From assembly GCA_964057225.1 (NCBI GenBank), contig OZ059896.1:1860001-1924000 (forward strand): a stretch of DNA of 64,000 nucleotides, read 5' to 3'. The notes beneath the pieces were generated by a model. The model was not told the DNA's origin, did no database searches, and saw only the letters and a list, made by a program, of their open reading frames with translations. A program made the position numbers and the translations under genes. Source of the stretch: Auanema rhodensis. Its lineage: Eukaryota; Animalia; Nematoda. Positions 1 to 12,100 of this stretch are shown here, piece after piece. Numbering within the stretch: position 1 is the stretch's first letter; each line of letters opens with the position of its first letter.

Positions 1-9
1 ATATCAACT

Positions 10-31
10 GATATAAGTTCACACTTATATC
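10..31. other. 9-bp inverted repeat GATATA(A/G)GT-tcac-ACTTATATC, present in every monomer
   Basis: Positions 10-18 are the exact reverse complement of 23-31 in the 16A allele; the 16G allele gives G opposite T. Confidence 0.85.
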
Positions 32-120
32 CTCGATTTTCACCCTGAAGAATTAATTTTTTTGTTGAATAACAATGTCCATCGTCTTTGTCTTGAAAAA
101 AGGAATCTAAAAACATCTAC

Positions 121-178
121 TTTTTGTGAAATTATTTTGAAATTTTTCGGGAAAATTTTTGTCAAAATGTTTTTGGAA
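121..178. repeat. Internal block of five 11-13-bp T-tract/A-tract subrepeats in every monomer
   Basis: TTTTTGTGAAA / TTATTTTGAAA / TTTTTCGGGAAAA / TTTTTGTCAAAA / TGTTTTTGGAA read directly from the sequence. Confidence 0.75.
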
Positions 179-182
179 GCAT

Positions 183-208
183 TGTTGAGTGTACATGGAA
201 ACTCAACA
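183..208. other. 8-bp inverted repeat TGTTGAGT-N10-ACTCAACA (9 bp in the 182A allele), present in every monomer
   Basis: 183-190 is the reverse complement of 201-208. I saw no arm variants; the common 198 G/A SNP lies in the loop. Confidence 0.8.
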
Positions 209-282
209 TACACTAATGCATCATTTTTCAAACGATCATAACTAATTTTTGTATTGAGCGTTTCTCCATGTAGTATAGTGCA

Positions 283-351
283 TTCGATGCGGATTTTTAA
301 GCTGCGTCGATCTGTGTTATCAGATTTGCGCTAGCTTGAAAATGCACCGAG
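283..351. other. Long imperfect inverted repeat / hairpin with loop TGTTAT (315-320), present in every monomer
   Basis: Pairings by eye: 310-314/321-325, 304-306/329-331, 293-303/333-343, 288-290/344-346, 284-286/348-350, plus G-T pairs at 307/328, 309/326 and 283/351. Confidence 0.8.
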
Positions 352-2807
352 ATATCAACTGATATAGGTTCACACTTATATCCTCGATTTTCACCCTGAA
401 GATTTAATTTTTTCGTTGAATAACATTGTCCATCGTCTTTGTCTTGAAAAAAGGAATCTAAAAACATCTACTTTTTGTGAAATTATTTTGAAATTTTTCG
501 GGAAAATTTTTGTCAAAATGTTTTTGGAAGCATTGTTGAGTGTACATGAAAACTCAACATACACTAATGCATCATTTTTCAAACGATCATAACTAATTTT
601 TGTGATGAGCGTTTCTCCATGTAGTATAGTGCATTCGATGCGGATTTTTAAGCTGCGTCGATCTGTGTTATCAGATTTGCGCTAGCTTAAAAATGCACCG
701 AGATATCAACTGATATAAGTTCACACTTATATCCTCGATTTTCACCCTGAAGAATTAATTTTTTTGTTGAATAACAATGTCCATCGTCTTTGTCTTGAAA
801 AAAGGAATCTAAAAACATCTACTTTTTGTGAAATTATTTTGAAATTTTTAGGGAAAATTTTTGTCAAAATGTTTTTGGAAGCATTGTTGAGTGTACATGA
901 AAACTCAACATACACTAATGCATCATTTTTCAAACGATCATAACTAATTTTTGTGATGAGCGTTTCTCCATGTAGTATAGTGCATTCGATGCGGATTTTT
1001 AAGCTGCGTCGATCTGTGTTATCAGATTTGCGCTAGCTTGAAAATGCACCGAGATATCAACTGATATAGGTTCACACTTATATCCTCGATTTTCACCCTG
1101 AAGATTTAATTTTTTCGTTGAATAACATTGTCCATCGTCTTTGTCTTGAAAAAAGGAATCTAAAAACATCTACTTTTTGCGAAATTATTTTGAAATTTTT
1201 CGAAAAAGTTTTGTCAAAATGTTTTTGGAAGCAATGTTGAGTGTACATGGAAACTCAACATACACTAATGCATCATTTTTCAAACGATCATAACTAATTT
1301 TTGTGATGAGCGTTTCTCCATGTAGTATAGTGCATTCGATGCGGATTTTTAAGCTGCGTCGATCTGTGTTATCAGATTTGCGCTAGCTTAAAAATGCACC
1401 GAGATATCAACTGATATAAGTTCACACTTATATCCTCGATTTTCACCCTGAAGAATTAATTTTTTTGTTGAATAACAATGTCCATCGTCTTTGTCTTGAA
1501 AAAAGGAATCTAAAAACATCTACTTTTTGTGAAATTATTTTGAAATTTTTCGGGAAAATTTTTGTCAAAATGTTTTTGGAAGCAATGTTGAGTGTACATG
1601 GAAACTCAACATACACTAATGCATCATTTTTCAAACGATCATAACTAATTTTTGTATTGAGTGTTTCCCAATGTAGTATAGTGCATTCGATGCGGATTTT
1701 TAAGCTGCGTCGATCTGTGTTATCAGATTTGCGCTAGCTTGAAAATGCACCGAGATATCAACTGATATAGGTTCACACTTATATCCTCGATTTTCACCGT
1801 GAAGAATTAATTTTTTCGTTGAATAACAATGTCCATCGTCTTTGTCTTGAAAAAAGGAATCTAAAAACATCTACTTTTTGTAAATTTATTCTGAAATTTT
1901 TCGGGAAAATGTTTGTCAAAATGTTTTTGGAAGCAATGTTGAGTGTACATGGAAACTCAACATACACTAATGCATCATTTTTCAAACAATCATAACTAAT
2001 TTTTGTATTGAGCGTTTCTTAATGTAGTATAGTACATTCGATGCGGATTTTTAAGCTGCGTCGATCTGTGTTATCAGATTTGCGCTAGCTTAAAAATGAA
2101 CCGAGATATCAACTGATATAGGTTCACACTTATATCCTCGATTTTCACCCTGAAGATTTAATTTTTTCGTTGAATAACATTGTCCATCGTCTTTGTCTTG
2201 AAAAAAGGAATCTAAAAACATCTACTTTTTGTGAAATTATTTCGAAATTTTTCGGGAAAATTTTTGTCAAAATGTTTTTGGAAGCATTGTTGAGTGTACA
2301 TGGAAACTCAACATACACTAATGCATCATTTTTCAAACGATCATAACTAATTTTTGTATTGAGCGTTTCTCCATGTAGTATAGTGCATTCGATGCGGATT
2401 TTTAAGCTGCGTCGATCTGTGTTATCAGATTTGCGCTAGCTTGAAAATGCACCGAGATATCAACTGATATAGGTTCACACTTATATCCTCGATTTTCACC
2501 GTGAAGAATTAATTTTTTTGTTGAATAACAATGTCCATCGTCTTTGTCTTGAAAAAAGGAATCTAAAAACACCTACTTTTTGTGAAATTATTTTGAAATT
2601 TTTCGGGAAAATTTTTGTCAAAATGTTTTTGGAAGCATTGTTGAGTGTACATGGAAACTCAACATACACTGATGCATCATTTTTCAAACGATCATAACTA
2701 ATTTTTGTATTGAGCGTTTCTCCATGTAGTATAGTGCATTCGATGCGGATTTTTAAGCTGCGTCGATCTGTGTTATCAGATTTGCGCTAGCTTGAAAATG
2801 CACCGAG

Positions 2808-5800
2808 ATATCAACTGATATAGGTTCACACTTATATCCTCGATTTTCACCCTGAAGATTTAATTTTTTCGTTGAATAACATTGTCCATCGTCTTTGTCT
2901 TGAAAAAAGGAATCTAAAAACATCTACTTTTTGTGAAATTATTTTGAAATTTTTCGGGAAAATTTTTGTCAAAATGTTTTTGGAAGCATTGTTGAGTGTA
3001 CATGAAAACTCAACATACACTAATGCATCATTTTTCAAACGATCATAACTAATTTTTGTGATGAGCGTTTCTCCATGTAGTATAGTGCATTCGATGCGGA
3101 TTTTTAAGCTGCGTCGATCTGTGTTATCAGATTTGCGCTAGCTTAAAAATGCACCGAGATATCAACTGATATAGGTTCACACTTATATCCTCGATTTTCA
3201 CCCTGAAGATTTAATTTTTTCGTTGAATAACATTGTCCATCGTCTTTGTCTTGAAAAAAGGAATCTAAAAACATCTTATTTTTGCGAAATTATTTTGAAA
3301 TTTTTCGAAAAAGTTTTGTCAAAATGTTTTTGGAAGCAATGTTGAGTGTACATGGAAACTCAACATACACTAATGCATCATTTTTCAAACGATCATAACT
3401 AATTTTTGTGATGAGCGTTTCTCCATGTAGTATAGTGCATTCGATGCGGATTTTTAAGCTGCGTCGATCTGTGTTATCAGATTTGCGCTAGCTTAAAAAT
3501 GCACCGAGATATCAACTGATATAGGTTCACACTTATATCCTCGATTTTCACCCTGAAGATTTAATTTTTTCGTTGAATAACATTGTCCATCGTCTTTGTC
3601 TTGAAAAAAGGAATCTAAAAACATCTACTTTTTGCGAAATTATTTTGAAATTTTTCGAAAAAGTTTTGTCAAAATGTTTTTGGAAGCAATGTTGAGTGTA
3701 CATGGAAACTCAACATACACTAATGCATCATTTTTCAAACGATCATAACTAATTTTTGTGATGAGCGTTTCTCCATGTAGTATAGTGCATTCGATGCGGA
3801 TTTTTAAGCTGCGTCGATCTGTGTTATCAGATTTGCGCTAGCTTAAAAATGCACCGAGATATCAACTGATATAAGTTCACACTTATATCCTCGATTTTCA
3901 CCCTGAAGAATTAATTTTTTTGTTGAATAACAATGTCCATCGTCTTTGTCTTAAAAAAAGGAATCTAAAAACATCTACTTTTTGTGAAATTATTTTGAAA
4001 TTTTTCGGGAAAATTTTTGTCAAAATGTTTTTGGAAGCAATGTTGAGTGTACATGGAAACTCAACATACACTAATGCATCATTTTTCAAACGATCATAAC
4101 TAATTTTTGTATTGAGTGTTTCCCAATGTAGTATAGTGCATTCGATGCGGATTTTTAAGCTGCGTCGATCTGTGTTATCAGATTTGCGCTAGCTTGAAAA
4201 TGCACCGAGATATCAACTGATATAGGTTCACACTTATATCCTCGATTTTCACCGTGAAGAATTAATTTGTTCGTTGAATAACAATGTCCATCGTCTTTGT
4301 CTTGAAAAAAGGAATCTAAAAACATCTACTTTTTGTAAATTTATTCTGAAATTTTTCGGGAAAATGTTTGTCAAAATGTTTTTGGAAGCAATGTTGAGTG
4401 TACATGGAAACTCAACATACACTAATGCATCATTTTTCAAACAATCATAACTAATTTTTGTATTGAGCGTTTCTTAATGTAGTATAGTGCATTCGATGCG
4501 GATTTTTAAGCTGCGTCGATCTGTGTTATCAGATTTGCGCTAGCTTAAAAATGCACCGAGATATCAACTGATATAAGTTCACACTTATATCCTCGATTTT
4601 CACCCTGAAGAATTAATTTTTTTGTTGAATAACAATGTCCATCGTCTTTGTCTTGAAAAAAGGAATCTAAAAACATCTACTTTTTGTGAAATTATTTTGA
4701 AATTTTTCGGGAAAATTTTTGTCAAAATGTTTTTGGAAGCAATGTTGAGTGTACATGGAAACTCAACATACACTAATGCATCATTTTTCAAACGATCATA
4801 ACTAATTTTTGTATTGAGTGTTTCCCAATGTAGTATAGTGCATTCGATGTGGATTTTTAAGCTGCGTCGATCTGTGTTATCAGATTTGCGCTAGCTTAAA
4901 AATGCACCGAGATATCGACTGATATAAGTTCACACTTATATCCTCGATTTTCACCCTGAAGAATTAATTTTTTTGTTGAATAACAATGTCCATCGTCTTT
5001 GTCTTGAAAAAAGGAATCTAAAAACATCTACTTTTTGTGAAATTATTTTGAAATTTTTCGGGAAAATTTTTGTCAAAATGTTTTTGGAAGCAATGTTGAG
5101 TGTACATGGAAACTCAACATACACTAATGCATCATTTTTCAAACGATCATAACTAATTTTTGTATTGAGCGTTTCTCCATGTAGTATAGTGCATTCGATG
5201 CGGATTTTTAAGCTGCGTCGATCTGTGTTATCAGATTTGCGCTAGCTTGAAAATGCACCGAGATATCAACTGATATAGGTTCACACTTATATCCTCGATT
5301 TTCACCGTGAAGAATTAATTTTTTCGTTGAATAACAATGTCCATCGTCTTTGTCTTGAAAAAAGGAATCTAAAAACATTTACTTTTTGTAAATTTATTCT
5401 GAAATTTTTCGGGAAAATGTTTGTCAAAATGTTTTTGGAAGCAATGTTGAGTGTACATGGAAACTCAACATACACTAATGCATCATTTTTCAAACAATCA
5501 TAACTAATTTTTGTATTGAGCGTTTCTTAATGTAGTATAGTACATTCGATGCGGATTTTTAAGCTGCGTCGATCTGTGTTATCAGATTTGCGCTAGCTTA
5601 AAAATGAACCGAGATATCAACTGATATAGGTTCACACTTATATCCTCGATTTTCACCGTGAAGAATTAATTTTTTTGTTGAATGACAATGTCCATCGTCT
5701 TTGTCTTGAAAAAAGGAATCTAAAAACATCTACTTTTTGTAAATTTATTCTGAAATTTTTCGGGAAAATGTTTGTCAAAATGTTTTTGGAAGCAATGTTG

Positions 5801-8800
5801 AGTGTACATGGAAACTCAACATACACTAATGCATCATTTTTCAAACGATCATAACTAATTTTTGTATTGAGCGTTTCTCCATGTAGTATAGTGCATTCGA
5901 TGCGGATTTTTAAGCTGCGTCGATCTGTGTTATCAGATTTGCGCTAGCTTGAAAATGCACCGAGATATCAACTGATATAGGTTCACACTTATATCCTCGA
6001 TTTTCACCCTGAAGATTTAATTTTTTCGTTGAATAACATTGTCCATCGTCTTTGTCTTGAAAAAAGGAATCTAAAAACATCTACTTTTTGTGAAATTATT
6101 TTGAAATTTTTCGGGAAAATTTTTGTCAAAATGTTTTTGGAAGCATTGTTGAGTGTACATGAAAACTCAACATACACTAATGCATCATTTTTCAAACGAT
6201 CATAACTAATTTTTGTGATGAGCGTTTCTCCATGTAGTATAGTGCATTCGATGCGGATTTTTAAGCTGCGTCGATCTGTGTTATCAGATTTGCGCTAGCT
6301 TAAAAATGCACCGAGATATCAACTGATATAGGTTCACACTTATATCCTCGATTTTCACCCTGAAGATTTAATTTTTTCGTTGAATAACATTGTCCATCGT
6401 CTTTGTCTTGAAAAAAGGAATCTAAAAACATCTTATTTTTGCGAAATTATTTTGAAATTTTTCGAAAAAGTTTTGTCAAAATGTTTTTGGAAGCAATGTT
6501 GAGTGTACATGGAAACTCAACATACACTAATGCATCATTTTTCAAACGATCATAACTAATTTTTGTGATGAGCGTTTCTCCATGTAGTATAGTGCATTCG
6601 ATGCGGATTTTTAAGCTGCGTCGATCTGTGTTATCAGATTTGCGCTAGCTTAAAAATGCACCGAGATATCAACTGATATAGGTTCACACTTATATCCTCG
6701 ATTTTCACCCTGAAGATTTAATTTTTTCGTTGAATAACATTGTCCATCGTCTTTGTCTTGAAAAAAGGAATCTAAAAACATCTACTTTTTGCGAAATTAT
6801 TTTGAAATTTTTCGAAAAAGTTTTGTCAAAATGTTTTTGGAAGCAATGTTGAGTGTACATGGAAACTCAACATACACTAATGCATCATTTTTCAAACGAT
6901 CATAACTAATTTTTGTGATGAGCGTTTCTCCATGTAGTATAGTGCATTCGATGCGGATTTTTAAGCTGCGTCGATCTGTGTTATCAGATTTGCGCTAGCT
7001 TAAAAATGCACCGAGATATCAACTGATATAAGTTCACACTTATATCCTCGATTTTCACCCTGAAGAATTAATTTTTTTGTTGAATAACAATGTCCATCGT
7101 CTTTGTCTTAAAAAAAGGAATCTAAAAACATCTACTTTTTGTGAAATTATTTTGAAATTTTTCGGGAAAATTTTTGTCAAAATGTTTTTGGAAGCAATGT
7201 TGAGTGTACATGGAAACTCAACATACACTAATGCATCATTTTTCAAACGATCATAACTAATTTTTGTATTGAGTGTTTCCCAATGTAGTATAGTGCATTC
7301 GATGCGGATTTTTAAGCTGCGTCGATCTGTGTTATCAGATTTGCGCTAGCTTGAAAATGCACCGAGATATCAACTGATATAGGTTCACACTTATATCCTC
7401 GATTTTCACCGTGAAGAATTAATTTGTTCGTTGAATAACAATGTCCATCGTCTTTGTCTTGAAAAAAGGAATCTAAAAACATCTACTTTTTGTAAATTTA
7501 TTCTGAAATTTTTCGGGAAAATGTTTGTCAAAATGTTTTTGGAAGCAATGTTGAGTGTACATGGAAACTCAACATACACTAATGCATCATTTTTCAAACA
7601 ATCATAACTAATTTTTGTATTGAGCGTTTCTTAATGTAGTATAGTGCATTCGATGCGGATTTTTAAGCTGCGTCGATCTGTGTTATCAGATTTGCGCTAG
7701 CTTAAAAATGCACCGAGATATCAACTGATATAAGTTCACACTTATATCCTCGATTTTCACCCTGAAGAATTAATTTTTTTGTTGAATAACAATGTCCATC
7801 GTCTTTGTCTTGAAAAAAGGAATCTAAAAACATCTACTTTTTGTGAAATTATTTTGAAATTTTTCGGGAAAATTTTTGTCAAAATGTTTTTGGAAGCAAT
7901 GTTGAGTGTACATGGAAACTCAACATACACTAATGCATCATTTTTCAAACGATCATAACTAATTTTTGTATTGAGTGTTTCCCAATGTAGTATAGTGCAT
8001 TCGATGTGGATTTTTAAGCTGCGTCGATCTGTGTTATCAGATTTGCGCTAGCTTAAAAATGCACCGAGATATCGACTGATATAAGTTCACACTTATATCC
8101 TCGATTTTCACCCTGAAGAATTAATTTTTTTGTTGAATAACAATGTCCATCGTCTTTGTCTTGAAAAAAGGAATCTAAAAACATCTACTTTTTGTGAAAT
8201 TATTTTGAAATTTTTCGGGAAAATTTTTGTCAAAATGTTTTTGGAAGCAATGTTGAGTGTACATGGAAACTCAACATACACTAATGCATCATTTTTCAAA
8301 CGATCATAACTAATTTTTGTATTGAGCGTTTCTCCATGTAGTATAGTGCATTCGATGCGGATTTTTAAGCTGCGTCGATCTGTGTTATCAGATTTGCGCT
8401 AGCTTGAAAATGCACCGAGATATCAACTGATATAGGTTCACACTTATATCCTCGATTTTCACCGTGAAGAATTAATTTTTTCGTTGAATAACAATGTCCA
8501 TCGTCTTTGTCTTGAAAAAAGGAATCTAAAAACATCTACTTTTTGTAAATTTATTCTGAAATTTTTCGGGAAAATGTTTGTCAAAATGTTTTTGGAAGCA
8601 ATGTTGAGTGTACATGGAAACTCAACATACACTAATGCATCATTTTTCAAACAATCATAACTAATTTTTGTATTGAGCGTTTCTTAATGTAGTATAGTAC
8701 ATTCGATGCGGATTTTTAAGCTGCGTCGATCTGTGTTATCAGATTTGCGCTAGCTTAAAAATGAACCGAGATATCAACTGATATAGGTTCACACTTATAT

Positions 8801-9121
8801 CCTCGATTTTCACCGTGAAGAATTAATTTTTTTGTTGAATGACAATGTCCATCGTCTTTGTCTTGAAAAAAGGTATCTAAAAACATCTACTTTTTGTAAA
8901 TTTATTCTGAAATTTTTCGGGAAAATGTTTGTCAAAATGTTTTTGGAAGCAATGTTGAGTGTACATGGAAACTCAACATACACTAATGCATCATTTTTCA
9001 AACGATCATAACTAATTTTTGTATTGAGCGTTTCTCCATGTAGTATAGTGCATTCGATGCGGATTTTTAAGCTGCGTCGATCTGTGTTATCAGATTTGCG
9101 CTAGCTTGAAAATGCACCGAG
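2808..9121. repeat. Tandem duplication of a 9-monomer unit (3157 bp): 2808-5964 and 5965-9121
   Basis: Same monomer-type order in both copies, each with two consecutive 350-bp monomers. Private variants ACATCTTATT (3271 and 6428) and ATTTGTTCG (G at 4269 and 7426) recur at offset 3157. Confidence 0.9.
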
Positions 9122-12100
9122 ATATCAACTGATATAGGTTCACACTTATATCCTCGATTTTCACCCTGAAGAATTAATTTTTTTGTTGAATGACAATGTC
9201 CATCGTCTTTGTCTTGAAAAAAGGAATCTAAAAACATCTACTTTTTGTAAATTTATTCTGAAATTTTTCGGGAAAATGTTTGTCAAAATGTTTTTGGAAG
9301 CAATGTTGAGTGTACATGGAAACTCAACATACACTAATGCATCATTTTTCAAACAATCATAACTAATTTTTGTATTGAGCGTTTCTTAATGTAGTATAGT
9401 GCATTCGATGCGGATTTTTAAGCTGCGTCGATCTGTGTTATCAGATTTGCGCTAGCTTGAAAATGCACCGAGATATCAACTGATATAGGTTCACACTTAT
9501 ATCCTCGATTTTCACCGTGAAGAATTAATTTTTTTGTTGAATAACAATGTCCATCGTCTTTGTCTTGAAAAAAGGAATCTAAAAACACCTACTTTTTGTG
9601 AAATTATTTTGAAATTTTTCGGGAAAATTTTTGTCAAAATGTTTTTGGAAGCATTGTTGAGTGTACATGGAAACTCAACATACACTAATGCATCATTTTT
9701 CAAACGATCATAACTAATTTTTGTATTGAGCGTTTCTCCATGTAGTATAGTGCATTCGATGCGGATTTTTAAGCTGCGTCGATCTGTGTTATCAGATTTG
9801 CGCTAGCTTGAAAATGCACCGAGATATCAACTGATATAGGTTCACACTTATATCCTCGATTTTCACCCTGAAGATTTAATTTTTTCGTTGAATAACATTG
9901 TCCATCGTCTTTGTCTTGAAAAAAGGAATCTAAAAACATCTACTTTTTGTGAAATTATTTTGAAATTTTTCGGGAAAATTTTTGTCAAAATGTTTTTGGA
10001 AGCATTGTTGAGTGTACATGAAAACTCAACATACACTAATGCATCATTTTTCAAACGATCATAACTAATTTTTGTGATGAGCGTTTCTCCATGTAGTATA
10101 GTGCATTCGATGCGGATTTTTAAGCTGCGTCGATCTGTGTTATCAGATTTGCGCTAGCTTAAAAATGCACCGAGATATCAACTGATATAGGTTCACACTT
10201 ATATCCTCGATTTTCACCCTGAAGATTTAATTTTTTCATTGAATAACATTGTCCATCGTCTTTGTCTTGAAAAAAGGAATCTAAAAACATCTACTTTTTG
10301 TGAAATTATTTTGAAATTTTTCGGGAAAATTTTTGTCAAAATGTTTTTGGAAGCATTGTTGAGTGTACATGGAAACTCAACATACACTAATGCATCATTT
10401 TTCAAACGATCATAACTAATTTTTGTATTGAGCGTTTCTCCATGTAGTATAGTGCATTCGATGCGGATTTTTAAGCTGCGTCGATCTGTGTTATCAGATT
10501 TGCGCTAGCTTAAAAATGCACCGAGATATCAACTGATATAAGTTCACACTTATATCCTCGATTTTCACCCTGAAGAATTAATTTTTTTGTTGAATAACAA
10601 TGTCCATCGTCTTTGTCTTAAAAAAAGGAATCTAAAAACATCTACTTTTTGTGAAATTATTTTGAAATTTTTCGGGAAAATTTTTGTCAAAATGTTTTTG
10701 GAAGCAATGTTGAGTGTACATGGAAACTCAACATACACTAATGCATCATTTTTCAAACGATCATAACTAATTTTTGTATTGAGTGTTTCCCAATGTAGTA
10801 TAGTGCATTCGATGCGGATTTTTAAGCTGCGTCGATCTGTGTTATCAGATTTGCGCTAGCTTGAAAATGCACCGAGATATCAACTGATATAGGTTCACAC
10901 TTATATCCTCGATTTTCACCGTGAAGAATTAATTTTTTCGTTGAATAACAATGTCCATCGTCTTTGTCTTGAAAAAAGAAATCTAAAAACATCTACTTTT
11001 TGTAAATTTATTCTGAAATTTTTCGGGAAAATGTTTGTCAAAATGTTTTTGGAAGCAATGTTGAGTGTACATGGAAACTCAACATACACTAATGCATCAT
11101 TTTTCAAACAATCATAACTAATTTTTGTATTGAGCGTTTCTTAATGTAGTATAGTGCATTCGATGCGGATTTTTAAGCTGCGTCGATCTGTGTTATCAGA
11201 TTTGCGCTAGCTTGAAAATGCACCGAGATATCAACTGATATAGGTTCACACTTATATCCTCGATTTTCACCGTGAAGAATTAATTTTTTCGTTGAATAAC
11301 AATGTCCATCGTCTTTGTCTTGAAAAAAGGAATCTAAAAACATCTACTTTTTGTAAATTTATTCTGAAATTTTTCGGGAAAATGTTTGTCAAAATGTTTT
11401 TGGAAGCAATGTTGAGTGTACATGGAAACTCAACATACACTAATGCATCATTTTTCAAACAATCATAACTAATTTTTGTATTGAGTGTTTCTTAATGTAG
11501 TATAGTACATTCGATGCGGATTTTTAAGCTGCGTCGATCTGTGTTATCAGATTTGCGCTAGCTTAAAAATGAACCGAGATATCAACTGATATAGGTTCAC
11601 ACTTATATCCTCGATTTTCACCGTGAAGAATTAATTTTTTTGTTGAATGACAATGTCCATCGTCTTTGTCTTGAAAAAAGGAATCTAAAAACATCTACTT
11701 TTTGTAAATTTATTCTGAAATTTTTCGGGAAAATGTTTGTCAAAATGTTTTTGGAAGCAATGTTGAGTGTACATGGAAACTCAACATACACTAATGCATC
11801 ATTTTTCAAACGATCATAACTAATTTTTGTATTGAGCGTTTCTCCATGTAGTATAGTGCATTCGATGCGGATTTTTAAGCTGCGTCGATCTGTGTTATCA
11901 GATTTGCGCTAGCTTGAAAATGCACCGAGATATCAACTGATATAGGTTCACACTTATATCCTCGATTTTCACCCTGAAGAATTAATTTTTTTGTTGAATG
12001 ACAATGTCCATCGTCTTTGTCTTGAAAAAAGGAATCTAAAAACATCTACTTTTTGTAAATTTATTCTGAAATTTTTCGGGAAAATGTTTGTCAAAATGTT

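Larger units (their letters stand above)
1..351. repeat. Reference monomer (arbitrary phase), about 32% GC
   Basis: Hand count of 113 G+C in 351 bp. Main polymorphic offsets: 16 A/G, 45 C/G, 52 A/T, 63 T/C, 71 A/G, 75 A/T, 128/131/137 (linked), 157 T/G, 182 T/A, 198 G/A, 338 G/A, 345 C/A. Confidence 0.97.

Noticed and set aside
45-98. Hammerhead ribozyme (CTGAAGA matches CUGANGA; similar-sized newt and schistosome satellites carry hammerheads)
   Set aside because: I found no stem II linking it to a GAAA and no stems I/III, and the first C is G in a large share of monomers. The minus-strand CTGATAA (318-324) lacks the conserved G8. An Infernal search with the Rfam hammerhead models would be decisive.
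40-231. 63-aa minus-strand ORF repeated in 169 monomers (MKNDALVYVEF...)
   Set aside because: It starts at TTG rather than ATG and has no recognisable domain. Its F/K/N/I-rich composition mirrors the A/T tracts, most variants are nonsynonymous, and 13 copies are frameshifted. Recurrence simply reflects repeat identity.
304-334. Helitron 3' end (hairpin + CTAG at 331-334)
   Set aside because: The CTAG lies inside the stem arm rather than downstream of a short GC-rich hairpin, and no element boundary or target site is visible.
1-351. Tandem 5S rRNA, tRNA, snRNA or spliced-leader gene unit
   Set aside because: I recognised no 5S, cloverleaf, box A/B or SL sequence by eye. An Rfam cmscan was not run, so a divergent ncRNA is not fully excluded.
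1-351. Monomer as a diverged dimer (~175 bp) or trimer (117 bp)
   Set aside because: Only short T-rich similarities were seen (e.g. AATTTTT..TTGA near 55 and 244), with no consistent offset.
2240-2257. CENP-B-box-like TTTCG-N8-CGGGA in the ATTTCGAAAT variant, and TTTCGTTGAA in 63C monomers
   Set aside because: The canonical box needs TTCG-N4-A-N2-CGGG (7-nt gap). Here the gap is 8 nt without the A, or the CGGG half is missing.
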